Shown here piece after piece: positions 14,554 through 28,919 of a stretch of 64,000 nucleotides of DNA. The notes beneath the pieces were generated by a model. The model did no database searches, had not been told where the DNA came from, and saw only the letters and a list, made by a program, of their open reading frames with translations. Position numbers and translations under genes: made by a program. Source of the DNA: Paraspadella gotoi (taxonomy: Eukaryota; Animalia; Chaetognatha). Within the stretch, counting starts at the first letter, position 1, and each line of letters opens with the position of its first letter. The stretch lies in the NCBI GenBank assembly GCA_051294375.1, contig CM119271.1, positions 16,331,434 through 16,395,433 of the forward strand, in the 5' to 3' direction.

Positions 14554-17500
14554 ACTCATACACGCATTTGTTTGTTTTATTTACGATGAATGAATGACTA
14601 TCATCGCATCAATGAATGACTATCATCATGGCTTGATCCTTATGCTTTTAAGATTTTTTTTTCTCTAGTTACAGTAAAAGCTGCTGCTTTTGAAATCGTG
14701 TGTTATTGCAGAGATTGACCTTATCTATTTTTCCCTTTGTAAAAAAGTCGAATTTGAAATTTCTGGATTTAAACTTTAAATTTTGAATTTGAAAATGTTT
14801 TTAAAAAAAATATTACCTTTTCCTTTCTCAAACTTAAATTGTTTCTAGTTTTATACTTCCTTGTGTGAGTTTATCAATTCTTAGAGCATTTTATTTCTAG
14901 TTTCACTGTATGATTTATTGCTCCTGACTACATTTTCCCGTTAAATTTCTAATTTTGAAATTTTTTATAACAAATTTTAATTATCATTAGAACGTTTCTA
15001 GTTTCTAATTTTAGATTGTGTGTTTCATCATCTCGTAATGTGTTTTAATTGTTAGTTTTACAATCTGGTTATTTGATAGCTATAGCATTTTTTCTCTAAG
15101 TGTTTTCTCTTTGTAAAATATTTTAAAGAAACTGGGTTGATTTCTTTTCATTTTTAATAACACAATTACCTTTTCTTTGAGACCCAATTATAATTTTATA
15201 TTTGAAAAAAAAATGAAAACAAAAAAAAAAACAAAAAAATTGAAGATTACAAGTAGCGTGCCTTCTCCTTCCCCCCGAACAATTGTACCTCCATTCCCTC
15301 CCCAAAAGCCAACACCGCTGAAGACTCAAGGCGAAAAAATCAATTTCTTTCCGCCTTCCTCTTTTCGACCAGCGATTACCGACCAGCGATTACCGCCGTC
15401 ATCAACGAGACTCAAGGCGACTTCCGGTTCCGTCCTCTCTGACCAGCGCCACGTCCCAACCAACCAATGAAAGCGTCGACTCTAGAGGAGCTTAGGACGA
15501 CATCCACGCCGCCCCCAAACATCGCGTCCACCCCACCAATCCACCTGACTCGGCCGGCGTCCGCCTCTGCCCCTGACTCTCCACAAGCTCCACGCCCACA
15601 CCAAGATGATGGCGACGCCCACCTGTGACATTCAAGACCCAAGTGGGCGTCTCCGACCAAGAGAGGGGCACAAGATAGAGGCTCACCTTACCGCCAGAAC
15701 CCCTCTCTCCCCGGGCCTTCTCTTCCCCCTCTCAACGCCTCCTCCTCCCCTCGTCGTACCCTCCTCTTCATCCCCGGAGTCACGGATATTGTCTTGGAGA
15801 TCGGACTCTCTCAACTTCTCCTCTCGGTCTCGGGGTCTGCAAACCTTCCCTCTCCCTTCTCTCCTTTTTATGTACCCTTGTTCCCTTTGTAATAGCTACT
15901 TACTTATTACCAATATATTCCTTACCCTTCTTACCTCTTTTCCCTGATGAGAGACTAGTTAGAACCTACCTTTAGCTAGATACCCATCTTCCCAGGTTTG
16001 TAAACAAAAATAAACTATGATTCAATTTAACAGTACCAAAATGGTTGTGAGCAAAACAAAAAACTGATTGAACTGTATCTCTCGTTGTCTTAATAGCGTT
16101 TTGTCATTTCTTTACTGTTTCACTATCTTTCAAGATTAAGTTATAAGAAACCTTTATTTTAATAGTATTTTCATGTGATTTTTATCGGTTAATATTATTT
16201 TTTTTATCCTGTCAGCTAATCAAACGATACATATTAGCTTTTTAATTTGATTTTATAATATTTATTTATATTTTTATTAAATATTAATAAGTTTTTATTA
16301 AATTAAAATATTACTGTGAAACGTTAATCTCATTTGCATATTGGAGTAACCCGATTTTTATTACTAACCTTTTGGCTTTGTGGACAAAAAATCGTTCTAT
16401 CTCAAATCTCTTATTTTGGTACCAAGGTAATATTACCAAGGTTTTGTAAAGATATTCCAACCCATCCTATAGTAAGCTTGCCAGGCTAATAAAGTGAAGA
16501 ATAACTTATAATGACATGCAACGTTACATGTGCATCAGCTAATGTAACAGGTAGGCGATACCTTCTATATATCCGGCAATTGCGCGGAATATTTTAATAT
16601 TTTAATATTTTAATTGCATTTGCATGTATCATTTTCTAAAAAAGATTTTTTTGTTTTGTTTTTATTTATTACTGTAACTTTAGACCGGTCGGCCCACTTT
16701 TAGCAAATTATATCTAAAATAGGAGTCGAGAAGAGAGATATAATCAAATTAAACATTACTTTTTTGTTATTCTGATAATTTGTACTATTATTAAATGTAT
16801 AAATATTTTTATTGTATATGTGGTCGGACCACGGAGGTCAACCACAGCGTGGCGGAGTGACGGCCACAGCGAGATATGATACTAAGACGTTTTAGTGACA
16901 GAGATAAGAATCTTCTTCATTGACGTTGCAGGGAAAAGAGTATCGTTATAAATTGAGTTTGTTTTTACATTATTTCATAATTGGAGAGAACTTATTTATT
17001 TCATATCATTTGAAATATTGAGATTATTTGGCTCGAATTATGAAGGATAAAAACAGTTTGATTCAACTCGATTAGTTTTGTTCATCTTCTTCCTAATGTA
17101 TTCTATTACATTTAGATGAATTAATTAAAATCGTTAGTAGAGATAAAAGTATTTATTATCTTCATCATTAGATCAGAAAATCGAGATTGAAAATATTCAG
17201 TTAACAGAGAATAAAGAAAACAATGTGCAAACAAAACAGTTTTGAAATAATCGCCATCTTCTGGGGAGAAATTTAATCAGAAATAAAAAAAAGGTTTCAG
17301 CTTTGTTTAAAGCTTTATATAAGTTGATCAGAAACGCCTACATATATATTATATCATTTTTATCTTTTTTTAAAATAATAATTATTTGAGTTGTGTGAAC
17401 TATTTATAAATTAATTAAATATGCAAATAAAAATTTGACCTCGGTCTGGTTTATTCCTAAAAAAAGAACAATCAAAAATGGTATTCAAGATTAAAATTTT

Positions 17501-18712
17501 TTAAAATGAGGAAATAAATTTTTTTTTGATAAGTACAAAAAATATTTGGAAGTCAAAAATATCATAGTCGTTAACTGAGTATTTTCAACTATATATTTTG
17601 TTATTAGGGATTCTAATTTTTGGATCGTTATTATTGAAAATAGTTTAGCTTTATCGAGACAAGTTTTCATTTCATACAATCAATATCAATCTCATTCATT
17701 TTCAATAATTTGCAAATAGATAAGGTTTTCAACTTCATTTTGAACTAGATGAACAAAAGACTTCAGTCTTATTTTAAATGAAAAAAAAATAGAAAGTTAA
17801 TTTATGCTTAATCACACACTAACAAAACAATTCTCTGACTCTCTCTCTCTCTGTCTCTCTTTCTCTCTGTGTGTCTCTGTGTGTCTCTCTCTCTCTCTCT
17901 GTGTGTGTCTGTCTCTCTCTGTATGATCTCTTCCGTGATCGTTCGTTTTTTGAAAAATTCTGATTATTTTTATCGAGCCATGACCGGCGAAGCCGGTTCA
18001 GGCTCGATATTGATTCAGGTCAGCTTCTTTGTGACGTCGTCGTCGTCGTCGTCGTCGGCGTCACGCTGTTTTTTATATAAAAACTACTACGCTTTTATAG
18101 GTTTGGCTGGGACTTACCGTTTTTTTATAAATAAAAATTATTATGAATTATGATAAAGTTTTACAAAAGTGTGCGATCATAGTAGGTTAAAAATTTAAGA
18201 TATGGCTTCTCATCTTGAAATAGCTTTGATATTTCTTATTACATTTCGATTTAAGTATTTTTTGTTTGAATTCCCACTTCATTATGATTTACTGCAATAT
18301 GCAAATGAGATTATAGTACTCATTATAATATTCAAAATAGTATATAGAAATGCTTTAATCTAATTTACATATTGCAGTATATAATATTGAGGAAGAAATT
18401 CAAAAAATTTTTTTTCAATCTCCAATAAAAATGGGTACTCAAAGGATTTTTTTAATGAGAAGCTATATATTAATTTTAATACAAATAAAAATAAAATCTT
18501 TTACAAGCTGTGATTGGAAAAAATTGAAAAAATTTCCAATTGTATATATGTTATATGTTATATGTTATATGTTATATGTTATACAATTTCCAATTGTATA
18601 TATGTTATATGTTATACACCAGGCAATAAATTATTATTTATTTAAAAAACAAAAAAACAAAACAAAAATTTTTTTCTGAAAAAACGAGTTCAAACGAGTA
18701 AACGAGTTCCAG

Positions 18713-18748
<36 letters not shown>

Positions 18749-19513
18749 TTCTATCTTTTTTTTTTTTACAAAAATAATTTTTTAGTCATTTTTTTTTCAC
18801 CACCGTCACTAGGCGACGAGTAAACGAGTTCCGGCTCTGTTCAGCTTCTTTCTCTCTCTCTCTCTCTCTATCTTTCTCTCTGTCTCCTTTTCTATGTATG
18901 ATCGTTCATTTTTTGAAACGTCCAAGATTTTCGTGGATTCATTTTAGAAAAAGGGAAGAATAACTTATAATGCAGGCAAAGTCACATGTACATCAGCTTG
19001 CTGCTGTATATATACCTGCTATATACCTTGCGCGGATTAATTTAATTGCATGTATAATTTTCGAAAAAAAAATAATTTTTTTTGTTTTTGTTTATTACTG
19101 TAACTTTGGACCGGTCGGCCCACTATTGGCAAATTATATCTAAAATAGAAGTTGAGAAGAGAGATATAGTCAAATTAAACATTACTTTTTTTGTTATTCT
19201 GATAATTTTTACAATTTTAAATTTGTAAATTTTTTTTTGTGTATATATTTAATCATTTTTATTCTTTTTTAAAATAATAATTATTTGAGTTGGGATAAAT
19301 ATTTATAAATTAGTTAAATATGCAAATATGAAATTTGACCTCGGTCTGGTTTCTTCTTAAAAAAAAAGAACAATTTAAAATTTCATTCAAGATTAAAACT
19401 TCCGCGCTTTTTTCTCAATACAAAATCCCAAATTTACATCCAAGATTTTCGTGGATTTTTTTTCTAAAAATTCTGATTATTCTTTATATAAACGAGAGTG
19501 AAAACTGACCAGC

Positions 19514-19564
<51 letters not shown>

Positions 19565-19870
19565 TCATTCATACACGCATTTGTTTGTTTTATTTACAAT
19601 GAATGATTCATCGCGTCAATGAATGACTATCATCGCATCAATGAATGATTATCATCATATCAATGAATGAGTCAGTTATTTTGTTATCATCACATCAATT
19701 ATTGGTTATCATCGCATCAATATTTGGTTATCATCGCATCAATATTTGGTTACCATCGAAAGCTGGCTTGATCCTTATGCTTTTAAGATTTTTTTTTCTT
19801 CTAAAAACTTATTATCACCATTTAATCCGCGCTTTTTATCTCAATAAAAAATCCCAAAATACTATAACTT
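13580..19870 (+). repeat. Cluster of mosaic AT-rich dispersed repeats (a ~400-500-bp unit at ~13600, ~16650, ~19080, plus CT microsatellites)
   Basis: Shared blocks such as GGCAAATTATATCTAAAATAGGAG and ATATGCAAATA..AATTTGACCTCG. Confidence 0.75.
16819..17342. mobile_element. Solo LTR (524 bp)
   Basis: TGT...ACA termini and TATA 4-bp TSD; interrupts a repeat that is contiguous at ~13760 and ~19240. Confidence 0.75.
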
Positions 19871-21204
19871 ACTTTACCTAGATTTCGTGGTCGTTGCAGG
19901 GCAATGAGTAAACAATGTCGAGGAACATGACCTATTAACGCGTTCGATGGCTACGGAAACGTTATGTGTATAAAAACAAGTTTGAGCAAACAATGTCGGA
20001 TCTTCCCACGATCATTATCGGTAATTAATTAATTTTTTCAACTTGCATAATTTTTTTAACTTGCATAATTTTTTCAATTTGCATAATTTTTTTAACTTGT
20101 ATAATTTTTTTAACTTGCATAATTTTTTCAACTTGCATAATTTTTTTAACTTAAAAAAATTCTGCAATTTAAAAAAATTGAGAAAGTTGAAATGTGTATC
20201 CATTTTATTTGTTTTATATCGATTCAAATATTTTTTTGTTTAAATTACCATTTAATTATGATTTACTGCAATATGTAAATTAGATTATAGTACTTTTTCA
20301 TTAATTTTCTTTTATAGTAAGGACTGGCGAGATCACTATACTTTTAAGATTTTTCCATCTCTTGACGGCGGATGTCGATCTGATTTCTTCGGTCGCAACG
20401 TCACTATTCCATCTGGGCGGACGTAGGGTTGAGCAATTTGTTGCTGCATGGGCGCTTGTTGGGCTGGGCTGCGCTGGGGCTTGAATCTACGGCCGGCTCG
20501 GCGGCGGGATCTGCTGTTGAGCTTGCGGCCGCAATGGAGCCAATACGGTAAATGCCATTTGCTGCGGTTGCTGCTGCGTCGCTTACTGCGGCTTCTCGTT
20601 GGCTGCGTTGACGGCGTCAAGCTGTTGAAGACTCTCTGGGACCATCTTCATCTCTTCGTCATCTGACGAATCGGAGTGGAAAGGTGGCGGCGTCTCTCGC
20701 CTTGTGGCGGCGTCTCTCGCCTTGTGGCGGCGTCTTTCGCCTTGTGGCAGCGTCTCTCGCCTTGTGGTCAACTTCGTTTCCTCGTTTTCAAGTTGTCTTA
20801 AAATTGTGGAATGAAAAAGCTCGCCGGCGGGATAGAGCTTTTCTTCGTCGACTTAGTGGGGGGGTTAATGCCCGACCCCTGGCTTCTTTAGCTGAATTTG
20901 GTAATTTAAGGTGGGAGGGAAAATGCCCTTCGTTTTTTCCAGATATATTTCGACGTCGGCAAATTGGGAGAGAGTTATTCACCTCACCTCGCCTCACCGT
21001 TTGTTTGAAATTAAAATTGATTTGAAAAAAAAAATTCCTCTACCTTTTTTCTTTCAGTTTCTTTTATCTCCGGGATGCGGCGTCGAAAGAGACCGGAAAT
21101 GGGCGTGTCTCGGGCGGGCGGCGGGAATGGAAACTTCTTTTGAAATGAGAGTAGGGAAGTCTGGCGTTAAGCGTCCGAGATAAAAATAAGCGAATAAAAA
21201 AGTC

Positions 21205-21440
21205 TGAAGAGACAGTAATTATTAATATGTGTTAATGACAGAACCATTCAATATAAGCAGTCCCTGAGCTTCGGATCAGGCTGTAACACCATGTTACAGG
21301 CGGGTTAAGCGCCCCGTCCCTCTTAACTGCTAGGCGGCCACCGGGCTAGAACCCCGGACCTTTTTGGGTTGGGAGGCGAATGACTTGCCTCCGGCAGCAA
21401 TGGCCACTGATGAACGGTCGGTGGATTTTAGTCCACCATA
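21205..21440 (-). mobile_element. tRNA-Gly-containing ~230-bp element, copy 3
   Basis: Reverse copy; 4-bp TSD AGTC. Confidence 0.85.
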
Positions 21441-22631
21441 AGTCGTTATTTTACTCTCTGAATAAAAATACTTAGAAAATACATAAAATTGATAAAATTA
21501 TTATTGTGATAACATTGTTCAATCACATGCAACACATCCAGTGCCATTTTTTTCATTGAAATTGACAGATATCAACTATAAATATCAGAATTAATTTTTC
21601 TTTTTGATACAACAAGAGAACTGAACCTCCGTCGTTTGATGTCGTCAGGTTACTAGTAAATATGCGTTTGAGGATTCCAAATATGTTTTTAAAATTGACC
21701 TACGTAGACGCGCATAGATGCCTTGAAAGCAAGTTGTTCCGTTATTTCCTTTACATTTTTTCTTCAATTTCTAAGAGTTTTGCGAGATGGTGGATCAGGT
21801 TTCCGGGAATTTAGGCTTTTTTTGTGGTCTCCCCACGATTCGAACCACAAGACCGTAATAAATAGTATAAATATGGGCATATTTGGAAAGCTTGGCGTCT
21901 TGGGAAGCCGTTGCCGGTGGAGCGCGAGAAAAATTTGGTCATCTTGATATGAAAAAAGGGACCTAAAGTGGAATAGTTGGCCTGGCAGAAAAAAATTATC
22001 ACAATTTTTTTCTTTCCATGTCACAATGCTATCACAAAACAACTTTAATGCATCATGTGAGGCAACCACATATATCATGTCAGAATATCGAATTATGATA
22101 AATTATGCAAAAAAAAAGATGTCCGTCTGTCTGTCAGTCTTTCTGTCTGTCAGTCTGTCTCGTGATTGGATGGATGGATTGTAATAAAAATTTTTGTGGG
22201 TAGGGAAATGTGTGCTTGAGCTCGATATCAAGTTTCGATGGAATCGTGCTAGTGGAAAAGAGTTTAAATGGAAAAAACAAAAAAATATATTTGAACGCCA
22301 ATTACTCTTCTTTTTATTTTTGTGGAAGAAGATGTTCGTGCTACCTCCGGCGCCATAGGTGCTGCTGATTCTCGTTAATTAATTAATCAATAATTAATTA
22401 ATCAGTCAATTAATCAATTAATTATTAAATCAATCAATTATTCATCTATTAATTAATTATTCAATCAATCAATTTATTTATCAATTAATTAATTATTTAA
22501 TCAATCAATCAATCAAGTCAATCGTTATCGGCATTATTGTCGTCGTCGCCATCATCGTCGTCGTTGCTTTTGTCGTGGTTAGTGACGAAAAGACGTAAAA
22601 ACAAACATTTTGGATTAAATTTTATTTATTT

Positions 22632-23473
22632 ATTAGTCGGATCTGCTTTCAGCAGATCCCGACTCTATAATTCACTTTGTCAGTCCGTCGGTCCGCCCCC
22701 TCAATATTGTCGGGCACTCACTTATATCATGTCAGAACATCGAATTATGATAAATTATGCAAAAAAACGATGTCCGTCTGTCCGTCCCACCTTAGCAAAA
22801 AACACCAATTACTCGTGAATGGATGGATGGATTGGAATGAAATTTTGTGTGTGGGTAGGGAAGTGTGTGATTGAGCTGTATATGAAGTTTCGATGGAATT
22901 ATCCGAGTGAAAATGAGTTTAAATGGAAAAAATTAAAAAAATAAATTTTACTATTTGAACACCAATTACTCATAAGTGGATGGGGCAATTGACTTGAAAT
23001 TTTTTATTTGGGTAGAAACGTGTGTGTTTAAACTGGAAATCAAGTTTTGATGGAATCGTTTGAGTGGAAATGAGTTTAAATGGAAAAAACAAAGAACCTG
23101 TTTCACTAATTAATTATGCTTCTTTTTCTTTTTATTTTAAATGTAAATTCAAGATGTTTTAATTAATCAAATAATTAATCAGTTAATTAATCAATTAGTC
23201 AATTAATTAATCAATAATTAATTAATCAGTCAATTAATCAATGAAAGCAAACATTTATGATCAAATTAATTAATTAATTAATTGTCTAATTAATTAAATA
23301 ATTAACTTGAATAAATTAATTAATTTAATAATTAATAATTATAATTATTAATTAATTAATTGATTATTTAATAATTAATTATTGAATTAATTAATTATTA
23401 ATTAATAAATTATTAATTAATTAATTACCGATAATGATCGTGGGCAGCTCCGACATTGTTTGCTCAAACTTGT
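22632..23473 (+). mobile_element. HINE/DINE-1-like element, same family (fragments also at ~3643-3990, 19975-20200, 22070-22270, 33396-35380)
   Basis: Same 5' hairpin/subTIR and the 3' CCGACATTGTTTGCTCAAACTTG end. Confidence 0.7.
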
Positions 23474-23504
23474 TTTCTCTCTACTTCTTTTTCGGCTGCG
23501 GTTT

Positions 23505-23538
<34 letters not shown>

Positions 23539-23621
23539 GGTTTGGCGGGTTCTTTTCCAAATCGGACCGCGTACGAGGGGAAAACAAGGGCGGCGTATCT
23601 CGGCGGCGGGGAGATGACCAT

Positions 23622-24224
23622 TAGGGTGGAGTGATGAAAAGATTGAGCGATGAAACAATGTTTTTTTGCTGCCTTTGTATATGTAATAAAAAATAATTGA
23701 GCCATATTTCAAAAGAAAATTGCATAACAGTATCATTAATTGAATTTTCTAAAAATTCTAAATCACATTTTTTTTAATTTTAAGAACAGTTTCGGATTCG
23801 CCGGTAAAAACTTAAAAACTTTTGTAAAATATGTTGCAGGATATTTTTAGGTTAAAGCTGCGAAAAATGACCAAATCGTTTTATCATATAATAGTTTCTA
23901 TTACAAACTGTAAAAAAGTAGAGAATTTGACCCTTTTTTTTATTTTTGACGATGAAGACATTGAAATTTTTAATAACTTATTTTAGATTTTTGATTTAAC
24001 TTTTTATGAAGAATCAGAATCTTTAATAAAAATTTTTAAAAAAATATTTTGAAAATTTATAATTTTATAAGGATATTACTATAAATATATTGTAATTAAA
24101 GATACTGTTACCCAAACAATATAAGCAAAAATATTTTTTGTACTCCTTAATCATACTATCTCACGTCTAAATATCCTTGTTTGTTCACTCAAAAAAAATT
24201 TATGTTCCCCAGTGGTCCACTCTA
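23622..24224. mobile_element. hAT-type MITE (603 bp)
   Basis: Termini TAGGGTGGA...TCCACTCTA; perfect 8-bp TSD ATGACCAT (23614-23621, 24225-24232). Confidence 0.88.
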
Positions 24225-24524
24225 ATGACCATTGACCAGTTTTCCGTCTTTGACTGTGATCGGGATTTCGATCGGGGAAAGTTTATAGAATTTGAGACAA
24301 CCGGAGTGGGAATGTTTCGAGTCGGCGATTGAAAAGTAGAAGAGAGATAGTAAGAAAAAAAAGGCTTATTTTTACATTCGCCGACTGGGATTTTGCTGTC
24401 GGTTATTATCGAGCCAGGCGTCGAAGCCCGTCCTGGCTCTATAATAATTCAGAATTTCTTCTTTGTGACGTCATCGTCGTTGTCGTCGGCGTCACGCTTT
24501 TTATATAAAAACTACTATGGTTTA

Positions 24525-27500
24525 ATAAATTTAATTCCGACTCTCTTTAAGATAGAAATCTCAGGAAACGGCATTTTTTTCCTTTTTTCCCGTTCTATCT
24601 GAATATATGACTTTTGTTTAACTTTTTAAAATTCTTGCCCTCCCAGGAGCGCAAAGCGCCACGAGCGTCAAAATTTAAAATTTTTTGTGGAATTCTTGGT
24701 CAAGTTTTAGTACATTTAATTTTCTAACATAATTAGTTTTTCCTGACTTGAATATTGTATTGCCAGTTAGTTTATTATTTAAGAAAAATTTTTAGGCGCA
24801 TATTAAATTAAAAAACTAATTTTACAAACCGGAAGCTACCAAAATCAACCTAAAATTAGTTAAAAAGCAACGAACTAATTTTTAGAGTTTTGCTAGATAT
24901 GTGTTCTTTTTTGTGATATGTTTTAAAAGTTAATTTAAATCTTTTTATGTATTTATTAGGTATTGTCCAATTATGCAGACGCGAATGCCTTTATACCCCA
25001 CTTTAAATTTCCAAAAACTTACAAATTTTCAGCGTTCTCCATGTCAGCCACCCAAAGGGAAAGATGTGCTCGAACGCTTTTTTGATGTTCTACTTACAGC
25101 CAAAAATCGGCAAGACCGGAAGGGTGCTGCTTATTGTGTAGCAGTTGAGCTGACGGATTTGTGGAAGAAGGGAGATTCACGAATCCCTCTCAATGATGTT
25201 CGGACAATCAAGAACAAGATTCTTGACTTTCGCTCTCAATTATCCTACATCACTGATAAATCAAAGAAAAACCGAAAAGCAAATGATGAACGGGTAAACC
25301 AAAATTTATATATTTAATTTTTTTATACTATTTTATTGTGATATAAATCCTTTCTCTTCGTTGTTATCATTATTAATATTCTTTATTAAAAGTAAACACT
25401 ATTATACAGCTTACGTCTTTTGCTCTGCAACGGGACTCGTATTTCGACGTCACCGCTGATGCCATCCAGTCTATCATGTACGATCCAAAAAAGAATAAAG
25501 AGAATCGTGAAGAAGACGCTGAGTTTGTTCGGCGCCTTCGCAGAAACGAATACATCGCTTTTGGTACCCGTGATTGGAAACAACAGGAACGTTTTGATCG
25601 CGCCATCGAGAGAGAAGAAATGCAAAATCTCGAAAAGAAACAGAAGCACTAAGAAAGAGTGTAAGTTAATACCTTTTAAAACAGGCCGAATTTTTTTGTG
25701 ACCGTTTTTCAACTATAGGAAAGAAATTTGGTAGTTTCCTCAGAAACTATTGGGATCCCGACGAACCATCATGCCGACAAAACGATCCGAGTGGGTGCCA
25801 ACTGAACCAAAAAAAAGAAAAAAACCTGAAACAATAACATTGACTTTGCGCCAAAAAGGCGTGGATAAAAAGTTTAATTCAGCCGCAGATCGTGCTCATT
25901 TGTCATCCGAAAATCTTTTTTATCTACTCTCCGATCTTCTTACAACCAATGTGTCTCTCTGGATAATGTTATCTTGTACCTTCAACTATCGCCACTCTTC
26001 GTCAAGAAGCCGAGCTAGAAAATGAAAAAATTATTAAGGTAAAAATAAAAAATATTGTATATTTTACTATTTTGACTGTTATTTTACATGGATAGATTTT
26101 AAATAAAATTTTAATAAAAACAGCAAACTTTTTGTTTCCTGACTTTATCCAAATCCATTTCGATGGAAAGAGACGGGAAGACTTCACGACTGGCGCAAAA
26201 AAAGAATGTGTCTCTGTCGCAATCTCGGGACCGGGTCTGGACAAAGAAAAGTTTTTATGTGATCGAGTGATAGATGAAGGAACAGGGTAGCAGTCGCAAA
26301 CGCAGTCAAAGATGCTTTGTTTGCTTGGAGGATAGCGAATAAGACCGTGGGCGCTATCCTATGATACCTGTTCTGTTAATACAGGCGAGCCTGGGGTAAA
26401 ATTCTTTTTTTTCCAAGTTAACGTAAAATGTTAAATAGAACTTAATTTACGATCAGGTGCCTGTGTTCACATCGAGAAAGAAGCACTGGGGAAGGCTGTT
26501 ATGTGGTGGCCATGTTTCCACCATGTGCTGGAGCTTGTACTCGGTGCTGTAATTCAGCAGAGATGGAAGACCCGGCGGTCCTCGCGATTCCATTTATACC
26601 CGTTTTAAAAACGAATGGCCAAACCTTTTGGGAAAAAAAAACGAAATATCTCAAGCTGCGAAAGAAAAGGCATTTAAAATATTTTAAATTATATTTTTAA
26701 CTTATCCTAAAGTTTAAAATAATTAAGGTTATCTTAAGGTGAAGCTTGCGGCGCCGGAAGATGGTGTTACCCAGCGAATGTTCCTGCGACTCCTGCAACT
26801 TTTACAAAATTGAATGATGGCAAAAAGCAAATTCTGAGGGGCGATTACATGGAATTTTATCGATTGGTTTCGGTAATAAAAAGAAAAATTTGGTTTTCAT
26901 CATTTCAGAGATTTTAATTTGGTTAAGTAACATAAATCAAGATATAAGTTTAATATTTTTAATAGTTTAATTCACCATTTATCTATTAGAATTACTAATC
27001 TTCTTTAGCTCGTATTAAGTACATTAGAGTTGCAACTATATTATTTAGTTTTAGATTTTTAGATTTTAGTAATAAGAAATGAAAAGTCAATTAAAAGTCC
27101 AAATCCTTTTATTTATATTAACATTTACATTTTAGTTCTTGGCGGGCCAGCGTCCTCAACTGGAAATGACAAACCGTCTCAGCGCTACCCATCATGCCGC
27201 GCTTCATGGGCTCGTGCTTGTACATCCTCAAGATGATTATCTGCGGTGATTACTTTCCTTTAGGAGGCTCAACAACAATTGGATGTAATGGTGATGGCTT
27301 TTTACATAATCTATATTCACTTTTACTATTGGTTCTCTTGCTCTCTTATGGCTGATGCTCCAATATTAACACTGAGCCTTCATGAAGACTTGTCTGCATG
27401 GCAATCGAGAGATCCGAACGGTGCCAAAGCTGGTTTAAGGAAGATCGACCTTCATACCGAGTACCTTTGTGGTCGATCAGTTATTCTTGCTTTAGCCTCC

Positions 27501-28316
27501 AAACAAGTTCAAACCTGAAACAAAGGATGCCATGGTGGAAACGCTGAAATCATTTGATAGTAATGTACATGTTGAGATAGGAAAGCCGCCTGTTCCACGA
27601 ATTTACGATGATAGTAAATTGGAAGATTATATATCGGAAGAGTCTTGGCTTTTTTTTCAGGTAAATTTAAAAATAAATTTAAACTTAACTTTCATTTAAT
27701 CGATTTTTTTCTTAAACAGGTTTGTGCTTTTGAACCATCATTTTTTGCAAAACCCGCCAAAGAATGGGAAAACGATGACAATTTTCAGTCATTTTGTTCA
27801 CTGGTCAATGGATTTTCCCTTGAACGATGCCGCGGAAAGGGCAGTGAAGTTTGCTTCAGACTTTAATGGCGCAATTTACCCGTGATGAAGAACAACACCA
27901 TGCCATGCTTCAAGGAGTAGAAATGCATCGTCGCGCCCATCCAAAGCCAACAAAATTACCTTAGACTGTTTAAATATTAATTATTGAGTTTATATTGAAT
28001 GTTAATAACATTACTTCCGGTTTGTTTAAATTAAAAATGGTAATATTGCTATCTTTTAAAGTTTGTCATTTTTTCCGCCGGAAACCAATTATTTTGATTA
28101 AAAAAACTAAATAAAACTAAGAATAAAACGAATAAAATAATTGAAAAATGAAAAAAAAAAATTTGAAGCTCGTGGCACTTTGACGCTCCTGGGGAGGGCC
28201 AAGAATTTTAAAAAGTTAAACAAAAGTCATATATTCAGATAGAACGGGAAAAAAGGAAAAGAATGCCGTTTTCCTGAGATTTCTATCTTAAAGAGAGTCG
28301 GAATTAAATGTGTCTA
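24525..28316 (+). mobile_element. hAT-superfamily (hATm-like) DNA transposon with decayed, intron-containing transposase
   Basis: ~150-bp TIRs (24529-~24677 vs ~28159-28309); flanking direct repeat ctatggttta (24515-24524, 28314-28323); motifs IHFDGK, YDTCSVNTG, WWPCFHHVLEL (CxxH), GDY.EF, NDAAERAVK; short AT-rich GT-AG introns; frameshifts. Confidence 0.85.
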
Positions 28317-28919
28317 TGGTTTATACAGGTTTGGCTGGAGTTTACAGTTTTTTTTATCGAGCCTGCCGGCGAAGCCGGTCCAGGTTCGATTTTGTTTTGG
28401 TTGAGCTTCGTTGTGCTTCTCAGTGCTAAAAGTTCCTCAAAAAAATTGAATTTAAAAACAGTGAGTTGGAAAATGAAACCCGATTTGACAAGCCAACTTT
28501 CTCCACTCATTGTCAAGGCATATCTTAACTGATCAATATAAAATTTTAACACATAAATAGTTTTAGTATTTTCTACTCAACTAAATTTTAAAATCAGTGA
28601 AATAACACTGGTTTGCAAATGACAGCGTATTTCTACCGGCGCTTGTAAAATTGTCACCATGTAGATTAACAAAGCACCGACCGTAGGTAGCTCAGGTCGC
28701 TTGCGGACGTGGAATAGTTTAGTAACCCATAACATTTATCTTTGTTGTACTTTGCATAATGTATTATTTTTCAAGTTCTCTTTCTCTCCCTCTCTCTCTC
28801 TTGATAGAATAGCTTGAAGTAAAATTGAAGTATAAAAAGTAGTAGAAGTATAATTAATTGTTTAAAGTAACAGGATCGTGCTAAATTCTATTTTTGATAA
28901 AGTAGCTTTTTGAGGTAGT

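Noticed and set aside
21400-21440. CTGATGA in the 230-bp element as a hammerhead
   Set aside because: No GAAA after the following stem in any copy.
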